Below are positions 1-7,895 of a stretch of 64,000 nt of DNA, one piece after another; position 1 is the stretch's first letter; every line of letters begins with the position of its first letter. The stretch spans positions 722 to 64,721 of the forward strand of contig JAISWW010000140.1 of assembly GCA_031270705.1 (NCBI GenBank), in the 5' to 3' direction. Below the pieces are notes generated by a model that was given only the letters and a program-made list of their open reading frames with translations, did no database searches and was not told the origin of the DNA. This DNA is from Deltaproteobacteria bacterium (GTDB taxonomy: Bacteria; Desulfobacterota; Desulfarculia; Adiutricales; Adiutricaceae). Both the position numbers and the translations under genes were made by a program.

Positions 1-866
1 TTCAAAATTTCAACAAAATTTTTGCCTAAGGTTTGGGAATTTTTTGATTTTCAAAAATATCGGCTCACTAATTAATTTTCTAATTAAGTCGCCTTTTAAG
101 TCAGAGAGATATGAATATTTTCAATTTTTTTGGTCTATCTGTCCTGAGGCAAACAGGCTCTATTTTTGAACCAAGGCTGGTATTAATCTTTAGGCTTGGA
201 ACATGAGCCTATGATCTATAAAGTTAGAGTCTTTGAGAGTCGAATTCGAAGGGCTAACTCGCCAAAAGCTGGAATGATAGATTTTAATGATTGGCTAAAG
301 GCTTTTAAATATGGCCATTAAAGTTAGATTTTTGAAGTTTTGAGGGACTAGAGCTAACCCTACCATAGCGCGTCATCCAACCCATCCATCTACCCCAGAA
401 AATTTAAAAACTCGCCAAGCAATCTCCCTAAACCCGCTATGAGTCCCAGTGGCTGGAGCTATCTCGTCTGAGGATAAATGAACCATATGTTTAAAAAAGA
501 ACCAAGAATCAGGGCTCTGATCCAAAACTCCTCAACCTCAAAACTTTGGCGCGCCCTTTTTATCCGCCTAACTTAACGGCGATAAAATATAATAATTATA
601 TTTTATTATCATATCTATAACATATAAATTAATAAAATCACAACATTTAAATTTACTTTTTGTTCGGCTCACCTGGGGAAAAATTACTCTATCGCGGCCA
701 AAACGTATCCTTTTTCCCTTGAGTTAAACTTTAGCTCTCCCCAGCTTAAAAGCTCAAAAATAAGGCTAGCTCTAGATAATCCTCGCTAGGGCTCAAAAAT
801 TTGGGTTTGGCCCACTTCTTGCTGTTCCACATTTTTGAAAATTTATGTTTAAATTCACGCTAAAAA

Positions 867-895
867 TTGAATTTTTAGTTATGACGCTGTATATT
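867..895 (+). promoter_or_regulatory. candidate sigma70-type promoter upstream of the 944..1906 gene
   Basis: TTGAAT (867-872), 17-nt spacer, TATATT (890-895). GAGGTG ribosome-binding site at 934-939, four nt before ATG 944. Pattern match only. Confidence 0.35.
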
Positions 896-943
896 ATTTC
901 AGCTTCCTATTTTTAAACCTGGTATTTTAGATTGAGGTGATTT

Positions 944-1906
944 ATGGCCCAAGTTAGTAAAAGAATTTTTTTCTCAGTTTTCCTCGCCGTCTTGGCGCTA
1001 GTGGCTGTCGATTTTTCCGCCAAGGCCGAGGCGGAAGTTTTTAATGGCTCCCCCAGCCAAGACAATTATGTCCTAGCGACCGAAGCCCTGACCTCAGGTC
1101 AAGAGTTGTTGGCCTCGGAAGGAGCGTTAGGCTCCATCCAGACGATCGCGGATCGTCGCGACAACCGTAACGATGGCCGCCGGGTCAACAGTCCCTCCAA
1201 TCGTCGAGACAACAGGCGTGACAATCGCCGGGACAATGACCGTTTTGACGATCGCCGCGATGACAAACGCTATCCCAAATGCAGTCGGATAGAAAACCAT
1301 GACACCAAACGTTATAAGGAATGTGTCCAAAGAAACTATTTCAGTCATAAAAACCGTAATGACAATAATCGCCGGGATATCGATCGTCGAGACAATAACC
1401 GCAGGGATGACCGGAGAGGCGACAATCGCCGGGATGTCGACCGTCGCGACAATAACCGAAGGGATGAGAGAAAAGGCGACAATCGCCGGAATGTCGACCA
1501 TCGCGACAATAACCGAAGGGATGACAACAGAGGCGATAATCGCCGAAATGTCGACCGTCGCGACAATAACCAAAGGGATGACAACAGAAGAGGCGACAAT
1601 CGCCAGGATAACTACCGGGGCGGCGATAATCGTCAAAGCGACAACCGGGGCGGAGGAAGGTCACTCAATCCGATCGATGACGATGATAACAGACGCTATC
1701 CCGCCTGCAGAAATGTAGAAGATCACGCTTCTACCGCTTACAAAAGATGTGTAACTGACACCTATTACGATGGTAATATGACATCTTTTAACAAAACTTA
1801 TTCAAAAACATATCCTTTATGTACTAAAATCTCTGATATAGATAAATTTAGAGAATGTGTTGATAAAGAATACTACACTTACTCAAAAACACCATTTGTT
1901 CGGTAA
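944..1906 (+). CDS. secreted Arg/Asp/Asn-rich tandem-repeat protein with three Cys-pair modules (no recognisable family)
   Basis: 320-aa ORF with a good RBS. Signal-like N-terminus MAQVSKRIFFSVFLAVLALVAVDFSAKAEA. The core is almost only R/D/N/G in 19-20-aa repeats (NRRD[IV]DRRDNNRRD..GD). Three copies of YPxC-x11-13-CVxxxY[FY]. Confidence 0.75.
   Translation: MAQVSKRIFFSVFLAVLALVAVDFSAKAEAEVFNGSPSQDNYVLATEALTSGQELLASEGALGSIQTIADRRDNRNDGRRVNSPSNRRDNRRDNRRDNDRFDDRRDDKRYPKCSRIENHDTKRYKECVQRNYFSHKNRNDNNRRDIDRRDNNRRDDRRGDNRRDVDRRDNNRRDERKGDNRRNVDHRDNNRRDDNRGDNRRNVDRRDNNQRDDNRRGDNRQDNYRGGDNRQSDNRGGGRSLNPIDDDDNRRYPACRNVEDHASTAYKRCVTDTYYDGNMTSFNKTYSKTYPLCTKISDIDKFRECVDKEYYTYSKTPFVR
1361..1654 (+). 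repeat. in-frame tandem repeat, four 57/60-nt units plus two 30-nt half units
   Basis: Units start at 1361, 1421, 1478 and 1535 (gacaatcgccgggatgtcgaccgtcgcgacaataaccgaagggatga...). Half units start at 1595 and 1625. All lie inside CDS 944..1906. Confidence 0.9.
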
Positions 1907-2161
1907 TATTATTATGGGCGAAACTTACTCGCCCTTTAGCCTTATCTGAAGTTATAAAGTTAGGCGACCTGAGACGCCTCCGCGCCAAAAAAATTGTCCA
2001 CCTTGGCTAATAATACCAATGTGGACAATTTTTAGAACCTTTTGAGTCTCTCTAGTATTTATAACGTTTTATAACAATATAATACCAGGGTTTAAAACTA
2101 ATTATTTTATAATATCTGCCAGGAAAAACCAGATTTCAGAGATTTCATCAGGATATCTTTC

Positions 2162-2683
2162 TCATCGAGAATTCTGGTCTGGAATCGCCTCGCCTTTGGT
2201 TTCCGCTGAAGCGGGAGACTTTTGCTGTTCCGAGACGGTGGATTGCCCCGTAAATACTTGCAGTTTGCCGATATCCACCCGCATATCCGACACCGTTTTT
2301 ATCAAATCATCTATCCTGGCGGATAAAACGTCTACCTTGTCGTCTATCTTTTTTGATAAAGCGTCTATCTTGTTGTCTATCTTGTTTGATAAAGAATAAT
2401 GGGCAGGTACAGCAATCCCAACAATAATAAGCGCAAATAAGCTGATAGACCACATGAATAACTTGAGTGTAGAGTCAAGATCCTTATTATTGTCTGCCTG
2501 AACCGTATTCGCGATGGGCTTCTCCTCCAGCTTGGCGGTCGTTTTTTGGTCGACCGTCTGAGCCGAGAACAGCAGTTCTTCGATTCTGCGTAGTCTAATT
2601 TCTGTGTCGCTTATAGTGAGAGCGCCGGAACTAAGCGGCTCCATAATTGGACTATCTAAAGGTTCATTTTTTCCCATAGACAT
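2162..2683 (-). CDS. single-pass membrane protein with C-terminal coiled-coil-like KID/DxL repeats (hypothetical)
   Basis: 173-aa ORF. One hydrophobic helix (LFMWSISLFALIIVGIAVPAHY) followed by NKIDNKIDALSKKIDDKVDVLSARIDDLIKTVSDMRVDIGKLQ. No family recognised. Confidence 0.6.
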   Translation of the reverse strand: MSMGKNEPLDSPIMEPLSSGALTISDTEIRLRRIEELLFSAQTVDQKTTAKLEEKPIANTVQADNNKDLDSTLKLFMWSISLFALIIVGIAVPAHYSLSNKIDNKIDALSKKIDDKVDVLSARIDDLIKTVSDMRVDIGKLQVFTGQSTVSEQQKSPASAETKGEAIPDQNSR

Positions 2684-3027
2684 GAAAACAGCATCCTTTT
2701 AAAATCATTTTACCAATTTCAAGACTACGAGTCAATCCCTTTTGACCGCGCGCGTTTAAGCCACTTTAAAAGGGAAATTAGGGCGTTAACTAAAATTTGA
2801 TGGCTTCGCGAACCCCCCTTTTTTAAAAAACAGGAGTTCGGGACAAAAATATTTTGGGGCTTCGGACAGGAAATTTTTCCCAAAACCTTAAGGTCTCTAG
2901 ATCCCTATTCTGGTCTCGATCAGTTGGAATTCTGATGACCTCGCAAAAACCCCTTTTTTTAAGAATCACTACAAAAAATATATAATAATTCCAGTATTCC
3001 AGACTTTTCGCAAAGCCATCTTTTTTT

Positions 3028-3242
3028 GGATATTCTCAAAAAAAACTAGGCCATCGCGCGAATATTTTTAAATTCTCAAAAAAAATAGGCCACCCCAAAA
3101 TCACGCCTTTAGAGGGCCAGCCACGGGCGACGCCTAAGAGTGGCCCACTTTCGCGCGAATTTAGCCTTTACCCCATAGAGAGTGGCCCATTTTTAGCCGC
3201 GAAATGTAGGCCAAAATGGCCCAGAAAATTTTGAGAATATCC
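3028..3242. repeat. intergenic segment bounded by an inverted repeat, with internal direct repeats
   Basis: 14-bp perfect inverted repeat ggatattctcaaaa (3028-3041) / ttttgagaatatcc (3229-3242). Direct repeat attctcaaaaaaaa(c)taggcca at 3032-3053 and 3072-3092. Motifs aggcca, gtggccca and cgcgaa recur in between. Confidence 0.6.
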
Positions 3243-3317
3243 ACTTTTTGAGTAACACAAAATTCTAGATATTTTTCCCAGCTCTGGCTCTACTGTGGCT
3301 AGCTAATTCATAACGCT

Positions 3318-4469
3318 TTAAGGTTTGGCGAAAGGCTCAATGGAGCCTAAAGAGCCATCTGGCAGATATATAATCCTTGGCTCAAACATCAAGACAATTT
3401 GAGCTGGATCCAAAGAGACCTTATCCAATCGATCAAAACGGGCTCGATCAAAAACAACGGATAAAACGTAATCATCGCCAATTTTGTTGGTGTCTTTAAC
3501 TATTCTTTGGGTGTAAAGACTTATAGTAGCTGTCGCGATCTGGCCAAAAAAGGCGAAAATCAAGTTAGCTAGCCTTAAGGTTAAGCTCAGGACGTAAATT
3601 TGATACTCGATGTTTATTTCTTTAGACGTTTTGGGCTGGTTCTCTATGGTCAAGCGAGATTTAACGACCACGGGCTTAACTTGGGGGAAAGTCTCTATTT
3701 CTGGTAAATCCACATCCAAATATATAGCGCTTTCCACCAACTCTAGGTCAAACGAGACATTCGCTTGAAACCAAAAATGCCCCATTTCATTTAAAATTGT
3801 CGATAATATCTCTTCCATAGCTGGAATATCATTATATTTAGCTTTAGATAAAAGATCTTTTCGTTTTTTAACTTCATTTTCACGTGTATAAAACTCTTTA
3901 AAATATTTAATAAGTAACAGTATTGGTTTAATAAGTAAAATAACAGCAAGTATTATAATAATAGGATTAAAATTAAAAAATCCACAAAACAAAAAACCCA
4001 AAATAGTTAAAGCCAACCAACCTAAGGGGAACTCAGGCTCTGTTTGGGGAGGCCGGAGGTATTCGGCCACCAGTTCCAAAGGATTTTTGATTTTATCGCG
4101 CTGTCTGATGGCCTGACCATAGATAAGGTTTTGGGCCGAGACCTGAGCCGTTAAGGCGCTTAACCGCGCCGAATTTTGCTCCTGCGCTGTGGGTAATTGG
4201 ACAGGCCTTGTGGGCAACGGGCTAGGCCGCAGAGCCGGTTGAGATTTAGGGCGAGGAACCGACCGAGTTTGAGAGGTCTGACGAGAAGGGCCAAACAATT
4301 TTTCTTGATGGGAAATGCCTGTGCCGGGGAGGCCAACATTGACATAGGCCCCTCGACGACCTAAGTTTAGGGTCGCCCCAGGTCGACCAATGGAAACGCT
4401 GGAAAAGCCTTTTTTGCTAAAATTCAGGCGTATTCCCGGAAGTAATTTGAAACTTTTTCGAAATCTCAT
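3318..4469 (-). CDS. DUF4236-domain membrane protein
   Basis: 383 aa. N-terminus MRFRKSFKLLPGIRLNFSKKGFSSVSIGRPGATLNLGRRGAYVNVGLPGTGIS fits the DUF4236 pattern as I remember it. Pro/Gln-rich linker, then a hydrophobic hairpin (WLALTILGFLFCGFFNFNPIIIILAVILLIKPILLLI), then a ~190-aa C-terminal domain of unknown family. Confidence 0.75.
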   Translation of the reverse strand: MRFRKSFKLLPGIRLNFSKKGFSSVSIGRPGATLNLGRRGAYVNVGLPGTGISHQEKLFGPSRQTSQTRSVPRPKSQPALRPSPLPTRPVQLPTAQEQNSARLSALTAQVSAQNLIYGQAIRQRDKIKNPLELVAEYLRPPQTEPEFPLGWLALTILGFLFCGFFNFNPIIIILAVILLIKPILLLIKYFKEFYTRENEVKKRKDLLSKAKYNDIPAMEEILSTILNEMGHFWFQANVSFDLELVESAIYLDVDLPEIETFPQVKPVVVKSRLTIENQPKTSKEINIEYQIYVLSLTLRLANLIFAFFGQIATATISLYTQRIVKDTNKIGDDYVLSVVFDRARFDRLDKVSLDPAQIVLMFEPRIIYLPDGSLGSIEPFAKP

Positions 4470-4630
4470 AAAATTATCCTAAATTCATAGAATTTTATAT
4501 TAAATAACTATTGTATAGTTAATATAGATCTATATTACCATGTATTTCCCGAAGATATTTACGCGCCCATAAAAATTTCTAAATATTTGGCCTAATTTTT
4601 ACTGAAACCAGTAATATAGTAGAATAACTA

Positions 4631-6127
4631 TTAATTAACATCAATTTTAGCTGGAACCTTAATTTTAAGGGCTTTACTAATATTTTGAATATTTTTAGTT
4701 TTAATATCAGGAGATATTTTAGTTTTATATACTTTAGCGTTAAAAAGATTCATATTAAAAAGAAATTTTATAAATGATAATCCACTTTTTTTAAGTTTAT
4801 TATCTATGGCTATATGAATAATTGTCGCTAAAAAACTAATCAGTATATGTCCTCCAAATGTTTCCATAGAGCGCGTCTTAGCGGGCAAAATATCCATATT
4901 ATTCTTAATATAATCATATAGTTGTTCCATTGATTGACGATAATAATAATAAGCTAATATATCTTCTGGCAATAAATCCATATTTGTTAATATTAAAAAT
5001 ATTCCAAAATGTAATTGGTCATTAAAATAATTTAATTCTTCGTTCCTTTTAACTTCTGGATCACAACAAACATACGCGTTAACGCTAATATCAGAGGAAA
5101 ATATGTTTGTTTTGACTTTTTTTATGAAAAAAGTCTTCTCGCCATAATGAACCAAATTAGAGGGACTCTCAATACTAGGAGTGGTATTTTTGACTAATAA
5201 TTCATATTTACCTTTATATTTAACCATTCTAGTCATAAAAGGAATTTTGAGGTTAAATAGCTCAGAAATAATATCTTCTGAATAAAATCCCGAGTCTAAA
5301 ACTAATTTATCAATATTAATCCCATATTCATTTAATTCAGATAAAATAGCGTGAAAAGTTGATATATTAACTATATTGTCTGGAAAATAACGATAATAAA
5401 TTGGTAAGCCAGTAACTTTATCCATCACAACTATTAAAGGAATTTTATTGCTAGTAATATCATTTGGCAAACCATCGCTATAAAATAAAATAGTATTTAT
5501 ATCGTTTAATTGCTTAAAGAAATCAATATATTGGGAAAAAAATGTTTTCAAATTATTTTCCGCGCCAATATTAGTAAATAATTCATTAATATTCTGGGAC
5601 TGAAGATTGGCCCCCGGGAATAAAATCCTACAATAACTAGATTGCCACCACTCATGAACATAACTATAAGGATTATTAGTTGCGATTTTAAAAATAAGTA
5701 ATGATAAAATACTATCATAATCAGATTTAAAGATGAATTTAAAAATAGAATCAAAATTATTATCAATAATAAAGTTATATATAAAATAACTAGAGCCAAA
5801 AGAAATCATCGACGCTATTTTATCATTTTTATCACTAATATTTTTATATGGAAAAGTAGTTATATCGATATTATAATATTGTTCCAATTCATTTTCAGTC
5901 AATAAAGTAATTTGTTCTTCAGAGTTATTAGTCGCGGTAAATTTATAATATCCTTGTTTACGGGTAAAAAAAATATTATTTTTCTTATCAATGACTCTTC
6001 CAAGCCATAATTCTATATTTTTCTTCTTATTACCTATCCTGCGAGGAATACAATATGAGCCATAAACTATATTACTATTCTTTTTACTTCTAATTTGGTA
6101 CCTTATAAACCCTTTAGATTTTTTCAT
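4631..6127 (-). CDS. IS1634/IS4-family DDE transposase, apparently intact
   Basis: Frame is open to TTG 6142; the first ATG is at 6127. Exact Y-x2-R-x3-E-x6-K motif YYYRQSMEQLYDYIK (4904-4948). Candidate Asp motifs FYSDG and LVLDSGFYSE. N-terminal GFIRYQIRSKK...LWLGRV resembles IS1634-type N-termini. Confidence 0.7.
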   Translation of the reverse strand: MKKSKGFIRYQIRSKKNSNIVYGSYCIPRRIGNKKKNIELWLGRVIDKKNNIFFTRKQGYYKFTATNNSEEQITLLTENELEQYYNIDITTFPYKNISDKNDKIASMISFGSSYFIYNFIIDNNFDSIFKFIFKSDYDSILSLLIFKIATNNPYSYVHEWWQSSYCRILFPGANLQSQNINELFTNIGAENNLKTFFSQYIDFFKQLNDINTILFYSDGLPNDITSNKIPLIVVMDKVTGLPIYYRYFPDNIVNISTFHAILSELNEYGINIDKLVLDSGFYSEDIISELFNLKIPFMTRMVKYKGKYELLVKNTTPSIESPSNLVHYGEKTFFIKKVKTNIFSSDISVNAYVCCDPEVKRNEELNYFNDQLHFGIFLILTNMDLLPEDILAYYYYRQSMEQLYDYIKNNMDILPAKTRSMETFGGHILISFLATIIHIAIDNKLKKSGLSFIKFLFNMNLFNAKVYKTKISPDIKTKNIQNISKALKIKVPAKIDVN

Positions 6128-6466
6128 TTGCTCGCTCGCCAACTGCCTGTGGGGGGTTAAACGGAAATATTTGAGCCTAACTTTCTGGAGAATTTATTCT
6201 ATTGTTAGAGCTAGGTCAAGGAAAACTTTTTTGCCCAGTCATTAAATTATTAAATAGTTGATTTTATTATCATTTTTTTGGAAAAACTGGCCCTCTGGAG
6301 GATATTTTAGGCTGGCCGCCAAGAATTTTTAGTCAGTCCCATGGCTACCTCATATTTGTCGCGCAAAAACGCTTTATCTAGCTTTAAACCAGCTCAACTT
6401 TATTAAAAATATTATTTATTTAGATAGTTCAAAGCTGAATATATTGTTATAACTAATTAAAAAAGA

Positions 6467-7762
6467 TTATAAATCAATTAAATTAGGTATTTGCACACTC
6501 AAACAATCAGCGATAGTTCTAATCTCTTTTGAAGTCACATCAGGCACTAATCTATTACTATAAACTCTGCAATGATACTTATTTAAATCGAATAAAGCAT
6601 TCATATAAGTATAATTAATTTTTTTCAAGCTTTCAGACAAATAAGATTGAACGATAGAACAAAGGAAGCATAAAAATAGATACCCCTTAAATACCGCTGG
6701 CGCGGTATATCTAGCCGATAATATATCACTATCTGTTTTTAAAAAATCAAAAATTAGTTCGTTTTCATATTGATAATAATATAATTGTAAAATTTCAGTT
6801 GGATATATATCATATGATGAGGCCAGGATAAAAACCCCAAAATAAGGCAAAGCATAATTAAAATAATCTTTTGTCATATATCTATCTACATGATTAAGGA
6901 ATTTTTGCTTTTCTATATCTCGTTTTTTGACATCAAGACAAATAAAAGCGTTAATATCTCGATTAAATAAATTTATATTTATCTTTTTAACAAATAAATT
7001 TTTATGGCCAAATTTTATAAAATTTTCCAGACTCTCCAAAGATGGAACATATTTTTCTAATAATTCAGAAAAAATATCATTTTTAGGAGATAATTTTGTT
7101 ATGAAATTTATATTTTTATCGTTTATAGGATAAATATTATTTTCAGAACAGTAATCTGAGCCTACTATAATCTTATTTATATTTATATTATAATTACTAA
7201 TCTCATCCAATGTGTCTTTAATTGAAGAAATATCTAGCATATGTTCTGGGATATATTTATAATAAAGTGGATAGCTACAGTCAATTTTATTAACAAGTAA
7301 TAGATTAATTTTATGGTAAAATGATCTATATTGGCTATAAGATGGAATAAAAGTCATATTTACTTCATTATGTAACCTTGAAATGTCAAATAAAACATGT
7401 GATAGTCCAAGATCAGTTTGTAAATAATTAAAATAGTTAGGTAAAAAATTATTAAAAACAGTTTTATCACCTAAATCAACCAAAAAGTTGTTTATCTGAG
7501 GTATAGTTAATTCGGCGGTGGGAAATAAATACTTGGCGAAAGAGGTTTCCCACCACTTAGCGGCAAAAAAATTAGCGCTTTTACTAAGCAATCTAAATAA
7601 TATTAAAGAAAACAAAGTATCTTTATTATTTAAATAGCAATTATTAAATAAACTTGCTAATCCTGATGATTTTATCGACTCATTGACCACATAAATATCT
7701 CCAAAGTCGATTGAATAATCAGTTTTATCAAAGGTAGATATATTATTTTTTATTTTATCCAT
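6467..7762 (-). CDS. IS1634/IS4-like transposase paralogue, N-terminally shorter, catalytic motifs degenerate
   Basis: 431 aa, collinear with the 4631..6127 product (WW.[ST]S....LFP, LxYYYx). The YREK position reads YYYQYENELIFDFLK (R to Q, 6737-6781). LVLDSGFYSE aligns to IIVGSDYCSE (D to G). Confidence 0.6.
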   Translation of the reverse strand: MDKIKNNISTFDKTDYSIDFGDIYVVNESIKSSGLASLFNNCYLNNKDTLFSLILFRLLSKSANFFAAKWWETSFAKYLFPTAELTIPQINNFLVDLGDKTVFNNFLPNYFNYLQTDLGLSHVLFDISRLHNEVNMTFIPSYSQYRSFYHKINLLLVNKIDCSYPLYYKYIPEHMLDISSIKDTLDEISNYNININKIIVGSDYCSENNIYPINDKNINFITKLSPKNDIFSELLEKYVPSLESLENFIKFGHKNLFVKKININLFNRDINAFICLDVKKRDIEKQKFLNHVDRYMTKDYFNYALPYFGVFILASSYDIYPTEILQLYYYQYENELIFDFLKTDSDILSARYTAPAVFKGYLFLCFLCSIVQSYLSESLKKINYTYMNALFDLNKYHCRVYSNRLVPDVTSKEIRTIADCLSVQIPNLIDL

Positions 7763-7895
7763 AAAAAATCTATAGTTGTTGTAGAATATTAGCGCTTAAA
7801 AGATAAGATTTGACAAATATTCAAGGGTTAAGGGTTATCTGTCATAAGGTTTAGAGTCTGTGGCCAGAACCCCTCGCCTAAACAGGTTTTAAGCT

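Larger units (their letters stand above)
4470..7800. mobile_element. very AT-rich island carrying two tandem IS1634/IS4-like transposase paralogues (element ends not defined)
   Basis: Abrupt visible drop in G+C relative to the flanks (ilvA from 7896 onward is GC-rich). Two homologous DDE-type ORFs in the same orientation. No clear terminal inverted repeats found by eye. Confidence 0.5.

Noticed and set aside
1361-1654. Possible CRISPR array
   Set aside because: The repeats are directly contiguous, with no unique spacers. Unit lengths are multiples of three, and the repeats are in frame within a CDS. No cas genes are in the window.
1127-1718. Four additional ORFs (1127..1636 -, 1299..1718 +, 1341..1664 -, 1345..1599 -) overlapping the repeat-protein gene
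   Set aside because: They exist only because the 57-nt GC-rich tandem repeat lacks stops in most frames. Their products are repetitive low-complexity strings without start context. The plus-frame 944..1906 has the RBS, the signal peptide and non-repetitive flanks.
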